The translations under genes and the position numbers were made by a program. Shown one piece after another: positions 1-10,833 of a stretch of DNA of 45,382 nucleotides; within the stretch, counting starts at the first letter, position 1, and each line of letters starts with the position of its first letter. The notes under the pieces are model-generated. The model did no database searches. It was not told the origin of the DNA and saw nothing but the letters and a program-made list of their open reading frames with translations. Location: contig JAUCBJ010005517.1 in NCBI GenBank assembly GCA_032718475.1, forward strand, positions 1 to 45,382, read 5' to 3'. This DNA is from Nemertoderma westbladi (lineage: Eukaryota; Animalia; Xenacoelomorpha).

Positions 1-423
1 ATAGGTTGTTGTACACGGAAGGCGGGATATGGTAACTAAAGTCCCGGTCCTTCCCTAGCTAAACTATCTAACCTAACTAGCACCAATATGATACTGGGAT
101 AACTGACTGGTATGATTACTGGTAACTGGTTATATTGCACGGTGGCCTTATTGCTGTACCTAATCGATGCCTTTCCCCCCTCTGATTGGTTGATATCCCT
201 GTTGGCACCCTTTGGAGTGTTTCCCTTCACTCCTCGTGTTCTCTCTCGGTTAGGGGTTTGGCCCCTGACCCTCCATTGTGTGTTTCTCCTTCCCTTCCCA
301 CTTTATTGGGGTAACACGAGGTTGATATTGGTAATCAACCTCGTGCTCCCAATATTGCTTAATGGCTCACTCTATGGGTTTGTGTTAGCGGAATTGGATA
401 AGCTAACAATCAACCTTATTTTT

Positions 424-1074
424 GAGGTTAAGCGACCTGACTACACCATGTCCTGGAATGTAGTGTCGTTATTCTGGTACATGGACCCCCCCCCCCCCCC
501 CCCCCCCCAAAATTTGTCTACAAATCTTAATGAGATTGCATGAAATTTGAAACAGAGATAGTTTCACCTCCCGACCACTGACTGGGTGAGCCAGAATTTT
601 TAATTTTGCTTTCAATCTTTAGCTACAAGCGTTTGAAAAAGGTGTCTCCAGCGATATTACACCAGTTACACCGCAGTTATTCTTCTACCTTATTATAGTG
701 ATTTGATGGTACTATTAACAAAATGTTCCAGAATATGGGTCTATTTATTAATTAAATACTGTCGACTAAATGGCATGCCGCGAAAAATGTAACTTCCAAT
801 TCCCATATCTCAGCTATTTCCCAACCAAACTGAAATGTTTTTACATTTCTGGAATCCTTGCACTGCCATCTCGCTCTCTAATGGTACCAACAAATCACTA
901 TATAGTACGGGCTGTGGCGGCGTTAAGCTAGTTAAGGCGTTAATAAGGTTGAAGAATGACTGCCGTGTAACTGGTGTAATATTGACGGAGACACTTTTAT
1001 CAAACGCTTGTAAATGGAGAATTAATAATGAGTAGGGATAATACAGTCCGAGTGTCCGAGTTCGCTCGACCTAG
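424..1074 (+). mobile_element. Non-autonomous Helentron/Helitron-type interspersed repeat (family A), copy 1
   Basis: 444-740 aligns by eye with 14995-15260 plus 15582-15600. It ends TCGCTCGACCTAG|T, and a degenerate inverted match (GAGGTTAAGCGA, 9/12) lies at 424-435. No coding capacity. Confidence 0.5.
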
Positions 1075-1270
1075 TAGTAGTAGTAGGGATAATACAGGCT
1101 CCAGCCATGGAATACTAAATATACACGGGAGGGCAAATGTATCATACCCCTGGAGGCAATCTTTTTATTTTATAAAACGATATATATGGAGTTTGAAATA
1201 AGAATATAATTGAATTAAGTAGTGTTAACAATTTGTAATAAAGATTATATATAAATGTAATATTTTTCAG

Positions 1271-1450
1271 GAACCCGATATCAAAGTGAAAACGCAAGTA
1301 TCGTTAACTGAGCAAGTACTGCTGTCTGGGGTCACAGCAAACTGTGTCGATAAATCCAATCTGGAAATAACAAAACTACTTCCCAAACAAAGTCACAAAG
1401 TTAGTTTGAGTAACAGAGAGATTAACACAATCATACCTTCATCGTTCTGA
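1271..1450 (+). CDS. Possible terminal coding exon of an upstream gene (EPDIKVKTQ...IIPSSF*), unknown product
   Basis: Strong acceptor TATTTTTCAG at 1261-1270 followed by a 59-codon open frame ending TGA in AT-rich DNA. No recognisable homology. Confidence 0.25.
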   Translation, partial: EPDIKVKTQVSLTEQVLLSGVTANCVDKSNLEITKLLPKQSHKVSLSNREINTIIPSSF

Positions 1451-2154
1451 ATATGTTTGAACTGGTCCTGGTCCATCCCTAACTACCGTCAATGTAACTC
1501 CAGGTTACTTAGTATCGCTCCATTCGCACCTGGTTATATTTGAGATTACGTGACGTGAATTCGACAGAATAAGGGAGATTTATCGTGCCACTTTAAATCA
1601 ATCGTGTACTGATATTTTTTATTTATTTTATTTATAAAGCATTTTCAGAGGTTTTTATTTTTGCAATAATCATATATGCTGTTCGCGTAGTTCATATTCA
1701 TATTGTTTTAGTTATATTTAGTGTAATCATGTAAAATCCCACTGTATGGTTGTATATTTGTATATTATTTATAGTCAGGCCTACTTTATATATAGTGTAT
1801 GTATTGTGCAGGTACGGTACGTACGTACATAAACATCAGTCGTCATGGTTATGGTTGCTACTCAAATGGAATATTCAGGGAATTTCATTTATTCTAGAAA
1901 TGTCAGGGAATTCATTTAAAAATTGACAAATTATGGAAAATCCAGGGCTGTTGATATATACAGGGCGGCATGTGTCATAAGTGAAAATGTGAAATTTTAA
2001 ATCTCACCTCTCTTCGCTCGACATTTTACTTATTCATTGATGTGTTTACCGATATATGTAAAGGACTCAATAATTAATGTAGGCCTATACAGTATGGATA
2101 ATGTAAATTTTTGGAATATAATAAAGGCATGAAAGATGTTAGTTTTAAGATAAC

Positions 2155-3710
2155 CAGTGTCCTTTAAGGTCGGTCTCAAGAAAGTCATGGGCTCTCCACC
2201 AACTTATTATTTCAATGAGCCCGCCAAAGCACAAGATTGTATAGACGATTGCGACTCCGTCTGGTCCTGACGGCGAAAACAATATCCTGCATAGCGGGGG
2301 CGGCTATGTTCAAATTTCAATCTTCTGTGGACTAATGGGAAACCCCAGATGCTGTATAGTGTCTGGTTGGAAAAGAGTTCATTGTACTTGAAACAGTGAA
2401 TCATTCATGCGTATGTGTCATCTAGTGATTTTGTGTTTTCAGCTGTAGGCCCAGCCCGGATTCTCATATAGGAGAACTGGTTCTATTGTTGTTCTAAATA
2501 ATGTAGGCCTATTCTATGTGACTTCCAATTAATTCATGGACGTGATGACATGAATATGAATAACCTATATAATAATGATTTAATTTAATAATTTTGATAA
2601 TTATTTAATTTTGATTTAATAACATGACTTTCGGACCCAGAATTCCAAGTATCACAAGTCATCCACATGCTCAAGCACACCATCCTTTGAACCAATGCTC
2701 ATAATTCAGAAATTTCCCGAGGACTGACGAATTTTGGCTTTCTTTGAGTTAACAAAATTACCGACAATAGAAGCTGTCTGCACTAATGATCTGAGGAGCT
2801 CTCTATAGTTCTATAGTTAAAGGTGTTGGCTTGATTTTCTTGACTTCTGGAGCGAGTAGTAGGATGTGTTACCATCAGACCATATTTATTAAGATGATCT
2901 AAGGATATGGCGCAGAACATAATCCACCTCAAATATGATTATGACTAATAATGGTGCAAGCATGTGACTATGACTCATCATAAAACTTAAAATGGTTCAT
3001 GTGTCACCAGTAGACATTAGATACAGATATTGTCGAACAATCGTATAGTGACTTGATTTCTACAATAATTTCTTCAGCAATGTAATGCTATCCCTGTCAT
3101 TGTTTAGGGGCTTCTCAAATCGGCCTTCCTACCATTGTGGAGGCGATCCTTTAGGTTAAACCTTAACCTTTGTTGTAGGTTGGCTTTTCATTCCCTCCCA
3201 TTCAGCAAGTTGATGAATTTCCATTCCTGGATTACCTGTTGGCATCGGGGGTATTGATGGTGACAACTTCGATAAGCTCGACTGTAGATTATCAGAGTTT
3301 TCCGAGTCTGGGACCTAGATGCAGCCTTAACTGCTGCTGTAGCCACATCCTTGGCCACCTTTCGATCCGGGACTTATTATTTGCCTTAGTGAGATCCTCT
3401 TGGCACTTCCAGTTTTGTGGTTGGTCCAAGGTGCCTTTTTTACTGTTCCGAGGGAGTTTCTGCCGCTGTTGATGGCACTAATAACCCTGTGCTCTGTTGC
3501 CTCAGAGGTAATACGTATGCCATACCATACGTACCCCATACGTATGTTGCTCAGCTATAGCATGGGTACAGGATCTCACACTGGGCTTTTTCAATAGACA
3601 CTAGACAGGTACAATCTAGACGTGGCGTGGCAAATTTATTAGTTCTGCTAGCGCGGGGACTAAGTCTTACCTTAACCACAATAAGGCGATGATCAGTGTA
3701 GATGAGAGTA
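2155..3710 (-). mobile_element. Heavily decayed, internally deleted RTE-clade LINE copy
   Basis: Collinear nucleotide similarity to 16270-18365 (e.g. AAGTCATCCACATGCTCAAGCACACCATCCTTTGA; GGGACCTAGATGCAGC). ORF 2207..2404 is paralogous to ORF 16193..16540. Confidence 0.85.
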
Positions 3711-4129
3711 GTTATTATTCATAATCATAACGTGTTCACTTTTTTATTTTTACTCTGGTACGTCTTCATTGTTTTACCATTTCGATACTTATTTATTTAG
3801 AGTATAAATTTAATTTATAGAAAAAAATAAACGACAGATGCGAAACTCAGAATTAGTTGTTGAGTTTCATGTGGTTTCAGGCGTTTGGTGCTAGTGATAC
3901 CCTTTACTCACTACTGCACTACTGACTTTACACGCATTGTTTTATTATTTTTAAGAACGGTATCTAAATAACTTACATATACAAACCCTATTGTTAGTCT
4001 CTTCAAAAATAATTATATTTTTTAAATAGTAGAATTTAAGATTTAGAGACCGTAATTTTAATTTTAGACAAATTTGGGTAAATAAAAAAATTAGCCAAAG
4101 ATCCCGTTTTACCTTATGGAACATTTTAA

Positions 4130-5247
4130 GAGCACGTGTTTGTCAAACTTTGGACTATTAAGCTTATGTACCTCTTCTGAGGAATTGGTTCAACAGAATG
4201 GCGTGAAATTGGGGGCGGGGAATTAATAAATCTCTGGTAGCAGAATAAATAACAAAAATTAATTTGATCACCAGAAATTTTCTAAGTGAAAAATTTTATT
4301 TTTAAAAAGTGAAAAAAATAATTATTTTTGTCGTTTTGGTTCAAGAGAAACAGGTGCATGAGTAAAATATATAAATGAAAAATGCAATTCTGAGATAATG
4401 GCAATTAAAATTGTCAAGATGTCAGTTTTAACGTTTGATGAATTCCAGACTGTCAATCTGTCTGTTTATAGGACAATCTGTCCGTCTGTCAGTCAATAAT
4501 TATGGAAACACACCACCGAACTGAAATTTAAGTTATAGGGGTTTTTCTGGTCGGTGATTCCATTACCGATGTTAGTTTTATCGTTTGAAGGAATCCAGAT
4601 TGTCTAACTGTCAGTCTGTCTGTTTATCAGACAATCTGTCCGTCTCTCTGTCGAAATTTAGGAAAGACACAACCTCGCTAACATTTTAGTTAAAGGTATT
4701 TTCCTGGTCGGTGATTCCATTTCTGATGTCAGTATTCAAATATAATTGCTTTGTGTTGGCCTGTATCTATATTGGTCTGTCCGTCAAAATATAACAGACA
4801 GACAGACAGCCGGATGGACAATCTAGAATCTTTTAACCTTTAAAACATACATCAGAAATGGAATCATAGACCAGGAAAACCCCTACAGCAACATTTCATT
4901 CATTATTTTTGACTGCCAGACAGGCCAACAGACAGGCAGACATAGAGACAGATAGACATGCAGGCAGGCAGGCAGAAAGACAGACAATCTAGAATACATG
5001 AAACATTAAAACTTAAATTAGAAATGTGATCACTAAACAAACAGGAAAAATCCTGTAGCGAAAATTTTACAAGGCGTGTGTTTCTTTAATGTTGTCTGAC
5101 TCACCGACTGACAGGCAGACTGACAGCTATAACTCGAGAACTAAAAGAGATCTCGCTATGTCGTTTTCAGTTTTGAAGTCGTCATTCATTTTGATCCAGA
5201 ATCCGTAAAATTGATTTTTTTTTTATTTTTATCACAAACACGTGCCC
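4130..5247. mobile_element. Non-autonomous TIR DNA transposon with internal direct and inverted ~155-bp repeats
   Basis: Termini GAGCACGTGTTTGT / ACAAACACGTGCCC (13/14 inverted match), flanked by TTAA and TTAG. The internal unit (GGTCGGTGATTCCATTTCTGATG, CTGT microsatellite) occurs forward at 4420-4735 and reversed at 4790-5060. Superfamily uncertain (Kolobok-like if the TSD is TTAA). Confidence 0.65.
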
Positions 5248-5942
5248 TTAGTCTAATGCTCTGTAATTATAATTAATTATTATCATAAACCATTTCCAGT
5301 TCGTTGTGGTTCTCAAACATTATCACATTACTGTGTAGTAAACACGGTGGCTGAAACTAGTTTATAAGACCAATAAGTTTGACTTTGTTGATGATTTCTT
5401 AACCTTTTTTATTGCAAACAATGCATCATACTATAAAATGGCGAAATTTATTATCAACAAAATTATCGTGTGCAGTTTTTCAACATCAATCGTTTTGCGT
5501 TTTAATGTTACAATTTGGAAATAAAATTACTTGGTTTTGTTTCAAAGTACGTTACAGTTAACGTAAGTAAGTTGCACTCTCTTAGCTCGTTTGTGTACCA
5601 ATACCAAAACAGTTACAAACAAGTACAGTAAAAAAATTGTTATTTTACGAGAGAGCGAGAAATGCAATCCGTTATAAATATTGTCATGTTTTTTCTTATT
5701 GTTTTGATTTCGTTTGTCAAGATGTTGTTGTCAAGGTGCCAGGTTCATATGAAGCCATATTACCTCTGTATGAAATATAACTAATTAGGTAATAATATTA
5801 TATATTGTTTAATTGTGTTTGTACTGTAGGAAAAGTAAATTTATATTATTGATCTCCAACTTCTTCGCTATTATTGTTTGTTATGAAAGTTGTTGATATT
5901 AAACTGACAGACCACTTTCACAGTATGATATTGCGTTGCTTT

Positions 5943-6070
5943 TTGAGCGAGCCACGATTTTAGTGAGCCTTGGCATATAGTTTGTTCGGCCCTATGCGGA
6001 ATTCTCCGACTGTCTGTCCGACTGTTTGAACTTCAATATATCAGTAACGGTCAATCAGTGAAACTTGTTT
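5943..6070 (+). mobile_element. 5' fragment of Helentron-associated (HINE/DINE-like) family B
   Basis: GAGCGAGCCACG...GAGCCTTGGCATA...CTGTCTGTCCG...TGTTTGAAC matches the starts of the copies at 26166 and 39745. Confidence 0.55.
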
Positions 6071-7245
6071 TAAGTTGGAGTTCGTGTAAAAGCAAAAAAT
6101 ATTAGAACTGTATTTTATTCAGAAGGGTTTCACATTTACCGATTAAAGCTTCAAGTTTCGCCACTAAATAATGCCTATTTGGTCCGTATCGGTATTAAAC
6201 AAGTCTAAGGTTCACAAACATTGTGTATGCGAAGTATCGTGAGTATCCACAACAACGTCTTAGTACCGTACGGAATAAGTAAATAAATGGAGATAAAACT
6301 CATGGTGAGGGGTCATCATGACCGTAACACACTGTTGGTTAGGCATCCTGCAATCCGATGCAATCTAAATTCATTCCACTCCAGGGGAAAATCGACGCAA
6401 ATAACAGCTGATTAATCCAAAAAATAAAACTAACCTCTTCTATTGACTGTAAACTGTTATCTTTTCTTGTTTTGGTTAGAATAACATGATATATTAATTC
6501 GCCGAGATGGGATTTGCGTCAAATCCCCCAACCATTGTTTATCGGTTGAACAACTGCATAACTCGAACCATCTTTAACATGCGTAAGGAAATTAATCCCC
6601 CCCCCCCCCCCCCCCCCCCCGGTCTACCTGGTATCCCCTTCTAACACGGAACACAATGCACTACTCATTAGCTCTAATGACTCATTAAAGTCATAATACT
6701 AATTAGTCCAATATTTTACCCTTATATCAATACAGTCTAGATAACATTACTGGTAGGCTTTAGCTACTGTCTGAGAATGACATAATAATATATGTCATTC
6801 TATAGGTCCCTCCAGTTTGGCACGATTGCCACGGAGCCTGTTGTTTAGAAGGTCGTATGCGTTGGATAATTATTATTTCCCCACCCCGTATCAGGTAAAA
6901 GCAGCATTGTCCTGCCGGGTAACGTTTTTTCATGAATGTTCAAGTTGAACTTACGCCACTTGCCCCAGTTTTGTTTCACATAATACACCGGGGTAGTGGC
7001 GATTAATAGCGACCAGGAATACAGCACAGGAAGGTTAACGGTTGGAAAGTCGGGAAAGGCAGTTGGAAAGGCAAAAACATTTCCAGCTATAAACTGAAGT
7101 TATTTATGAAGATAGATACTAATAAATGTATATTTACATGAATAATCAATAAATACAAATAATGTTATTACTGAGTCGGGATGGTTCGTGTCAATATTAT
7201 TATTAAAAATATTTACGTTGAGCAGAAAATACGACAGTTTGAAGT

Positions 7246-8061
7246 TTAGAGCATAAATGGAATGTCATTGTTTTTCTCCCCCAAACCGAAGTAACAGTAA
7301 CCAAACTTTGCTGTGTTCGGAATGTGGTAGGCTGTTAGCCCAGGCCAGTAGAGACTTCGCAAGGTAACCTGATGACCTCTTTCTTCTTGTAATGCCCAAG
7401 ATCCCTTAGGTATATCCTCTTCTATGGGATCCAAGAAGTCGATAGCTGGCTCCAACTTTTCCCGTTCCATTAAACTCTTCTGGGGTAGGTTAACGGCTTC
7501 TCGTAGGTGGAGATATGAACCGAGTTTAACAGCGTCTAATGGCGGCAGACCTTGGAAGTTTACGTTGTTCACAACGACCCCTTTGGCATTCTTGGTGAAG
7601 GCGCCACGAGGGGCTATCGCTCCATCTTGGATAATACCCTCAATAACAGCAGCTAATCGGTCTTCTTCTCTCAGTACGATGGTCTCCTCTGAAGGTATTC
7701 CGTTGGTCTCAACTTGATCGATCTGTTCGAACTCGTACGACGGATCCCCAGAAAATCGACCTTTTACTTTCAAAGACTTCGCTCGAATATCGTCCGTAAC
7801 TTGCGGCATCAGGTTCCAGCTGGCGCAGTCAAGGCTGTAAAAGTTTTTTCTTCCGCTTAGTTGGTCTCTAATAACGCCCTGCGCGATGAAATAATCGTCT
7901 TTAACGCCCATAATTTTGCCCCAGAAATAAACTTGTGTAAATTTATTCTGGCTCCGTAAAATTGGTAGAGAGGTTTGCAGTGCTGTCTTCTGCTCTGGTG
8001 ATAGGCATAGACCAGAACTGGACACGTACGATTCCGTTAAATGTAAATCTTCACCGTCCAT
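7246..8061 (-). CDS. RSPH9: Radial spoke head protein 9 homolog, single exon, 271 aa
   Basis: Full-length intact ORF with family motifs: SSGLCLSPEQKTALQTSL, FWGKIMGVKDDYFIAQG, GRFSGDPSYE, EEDRLAAVI, PRGAF, FLDPIEEDIPKGSW, LRSLYWPG, YFGLGEKNNDIPFML. Confidence 0.97.
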   Translation of the reverse strand: MDGEDLHLTESYVSSSGLCLSPEQKTALQTSLPILRSQNKFTQVYFWGKIMGVKDDYFIAQGVIRDQLSGRKNFYSLDCASWNLMPQVTDDIRAKSLKVKGRFSGDPSYEFEQIDQVETNGIPSEETIVLREEDRLAAVIEGIIQDGAIAPRGAFTKNAKGVVVNNVNFQGLPPLDAVKLGSYLHLREAVNLPQKSLMEREKLEPAIDFLDPIEEDIPKGSWALQEERGHQVTLRSLYWPGLTAYHIPNTAKFGYCYFGLGEKNNDIPFML

Positions 8062-8252
8062 TATTGTTTAATAATGATGTATGATATATAATGTAGAATA
8101 TTTGATGTTATTATTTCACAAAAATCCTATACAGGTTCTGAAATAGTTGCCTTTGTTATTCCCAATCAGTATTTACACTTTATTCTCAGTAACAATCCAC
8201 AATCAACCAACTCGGTAGTTTGTTGTGGGTTGCCGTTCCTAATGTTTATGGC

Positions 8253-8266
8253 GTTGCCAGGACAAC
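8253..8266. promoter_or_regulatory. RFX X-box upstream of RSPH9
   Basis: GTTGCCAGGACAAC closely matches the X-box palindrome GTTGCCATGGCAAC and lies ~190 bp upstream of the ATG of a motile-cilia gene. A forkhead-like TGTTTAT is adjacent at 8243-8249. Confidence 0.7.
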
Positions 8267-9000
8267 GACTGGCTGTTGGATAATTTAATTTGGAAACTAT
8301 TAAACTGTTATATTATCTTGGCCCATGCTATAATGTATAATTTTAATGAAATATACTTCATATCCTATATTTTAATTAAGACTAGCCCTGTATAATTTTT
8401 TTAATCCCTATATAATTTTACATTACTTTTATGCATTTTTTACTCATTTGCCCTGTTTATGTAGGCCTGCGTAACGTATTAAAAACCTTCTATATGACAT
8501 TTACGTACGGAATAATGTGATACAAACCATTTATTTACATGGCTATAAAACCATCCCATTGGCCTCTCACTCAATACTGTATCTTGTAGGGAAATCTCTG
8601 ATAATACAGCATAACACGAGTGGGGCCTCCGTGCAGCAAAAGCTGCATGCCATCTTAGCGAACAATTAAAAAAGTTGTTGTATATACTTGTTAGGCCTAT
8701 TGTAATTAATCTTGGCTAATTCTAATTAATCTAATTATTATGGCTTCCGACACACACCCACACACACCCCCCTAACAGCACACAGACTTTTAGAAAACGG
8801 CCATAGTATAATTATACATTTATTATAGGGAGGGATCTAGGGGTCTTTACCTCGAATGATAAGTTTATTTTACCGAAAATAACTTATCTTTTATTGGCGC
8901 AATTGTAGGACTAATCCCATCACATGCGTACTTTTTAACCGGGTAGTGTACAAATTTAGGAATCGCGTAATTTTTCTTGAAATTAATATCTCATATCTCT

Positions 9001-9050
9001 CCAAACCACGTACGCGTTTCGACCTTACTGGGTCTCATCAGCGTGGTGTC
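9001..9050 (-). ncRNA. Minimal type I hammerhead ribozyme, copy 1
   Basis: Reverse complement reads ACCACG CTGATGA GACC-CAGTAA-GGTC GAAA CGCG TA CGTGGT, giving an intact core, stems I and II, palindromic stem III and a GUA cleavage site. Confidence 0.92.
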
Positions 9051-9110
9051 AGATTCGAACCTTGGACCTCGAGGTGGAAGCCGAGACAACAACCACTAGG
9101 CCACAGGTTC
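9050..9110 (-). promoter_or_regulatory. tRNA-Gly(TCC)-derived Pol III internal promoter head fused to the hammerhead
   Basis: Minus strand: A box TGGCCTAGTGG (9103-9093), anticodon-like arm CTCGG-CTTCCAC-CTCGAG, B box GGTTCGAATC (9061-9052). Confidence 0.75.
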
Positions 9111-9330
9111 TTTAGATATGGAGTATTAATTTCAAAGCCAGCTGCCATTTTAATAGCCCCTGAATTTTATTATTGATAGTAACAATGTGTTGGCAAGTTG
9201 TGTTTTTCGAGGTGTTTGTTATTATACATTTATTATAGGAAGGTATCTAGGGGTCTTTACCTCGAATGATAAGTTTATTTTACCGAAAATAACTTATCTT
9301 TTATTCCCTTTTTAGTCCCAGGTTCGGATC

Positions 9331-9381
9331 CCACACCACGCTGATGAGACCCAGTAAGGTCGAAACGCGTACGTGGTTTGG
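9331..9381 (+). ncRNA. Minimal type I hammerhead ribozyme, copy 2
   Basis: Stem I CCACACCACG (9331-9340) / CGTGGTTTGG (9372-9381); CTGATGA 9341-9347; stem II GACC/GGTC; GAAA 9362-9365; CGCG; predicted cleavage after A9371. B box GGTTCGGATCC lies immediately upstream. Confidence 0.93.
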
Positions 9382-10833
9382 AGAGATATGAGATATTAAT
9401 TTCAAGAAAAATTACGCGATTACTAAATTTGTACACTACCCGGTTAAAAAGTACGCATGTGATGGGATTAGTCCTACAATTGCGCCAATAAAAGATAAGT
9501 TATTTTCGGTAAAATAAACTTATCATTCGAGGTAAAGATCCCTAGATCCCTTCCTATAATAAATGTATAATAACAAACACCTCGATAAACACAGCTTACC
9601 AACACATTGTTACTATCAATAATAGCATAATTATAACATTTCGCTGATGATGGCTCGCAGTTTTCACTCACCCTAAATAACATAACGACCCCCTCTAGCG
9701 ATCACTCCGGGAAAGTGTTAGAGTTACTCATTCAAAAAATCATACAACTTGAAAGTTTGCGATGTTTGATTAAACACATTTAGTGTTCATGTAATGCCCA
9801 GTAATAGAAAAATATGATTTATATGCCAAAATTATCGAGGAAGAGGCTGGTGACACAAAAAACCTGTAAAATATTAATTTTTATAATCAAATTTTTAATA
9901 ATATGAATGTATCTTATATTATACACTGCGTGTAGAAACTGCGTAGACGCTATCATATATAGTAAACTGCGTTTAAAAGTGATCTTATCTCAATGTCTGA
10001 TGTAAATTTATTGATAAAACTATACCGGTTCCTATTACATTTTAGTGAAACTTCAATTGAGAAACTTCCGTTATACAGCTCTTCAGTGTCAAACTCCACC
10101 CACAATAGAAATAAGTACCAAAAAATTCGATAATAAGATTTCTCGCCGTAACGTTCTCGTGCTGGCAACAGCACCGAAAAATACTATTTTGATATACCTG
10201 GTGCAACTCAAATATATTCCATCGAAACCAGAACCCCCAAAAACACTTATTGCGCAAAATTCAGGTTCAAACAATCAATTTATGAATTGACAAATTTCAA
10301 AATATGGTACTTGCACCAAAATTTGGCACCTGCCGAAAAAAAAACAATTTTGAAATATCTAGCTTATTTAATATGAATTCCATCTAATTGCGAACACCTA
10401 AAAATCAGTCTAAATAAAAAATAGAGGCGTTAGTAAGTTGTATGTTTATTGACTTAAATGGTTTTCCCACATGAGTTAATTTATATACACGGCACAAATT
10501 GAACGACAACGGTAATAGACTGTATGACAGTCAACCGCAAAAACATCGAAACATCATTCTAATCCACTGCATTAAAAATACAGAACATCAAACAAATTAT
10601 AACATCAAGTACAGTAGAAGCTATTTTAAGTTTTACGAGAATAGATTTTGAGCATATTATTATTGATAAAGCTACACAAATCATATAAATTATTCTTCAA
10701 TTGAATAAATCAGATAATGTATTCATATCATGAAAATCGATGGGACTACTGTCGCGCACATGCTGCGAGAGCAGGCATTCGAGAAGTACAATATGCTGCT
10801 CAGATTGAACTGAAATTCGGTCGCAAATACAGA

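Larger units (their letters stand above)
8810..9623. mobile_element. Retrozyme-like / Penelope-associated non-autonomous retroelement (tRNA head + hammerhead), partial tandem plus inverted copy
   Basis: Minus-strand arm 9305->8810 has a 410-bp period (ATTATACATTTATTATAGG at 8811 and 9221). Plus-strand arm 9315-9623 is the near-perfect reverse complement of 8810-9050 and 9168-9305. Each arm carries a hammerhead. Confidence 0.85.

Noticed and set aside
112-543. 143-aa hydrophobic ORF
   Set aside because: Runs across a repeat boundary and a poly-C tract; the hydrophobicity reflects T-rich composition and there is no family motif.
6845-7027. MRPS18A fragment (neighbour of RSPH9 in human)
   Set aside because: Only a WRKFN-like resemblance, no S18 domain, and not enough to support a call.
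9644-9665. Third CTGATGA hammerhead-like core
   Set aside because: No stem II followed by GAAA and no stem I complement.
9953-10290. Cluster of short overlapping ORFs
   Set aside because: No protein motifs; AT-rich, repeat-like sequence whose termini I could not define.
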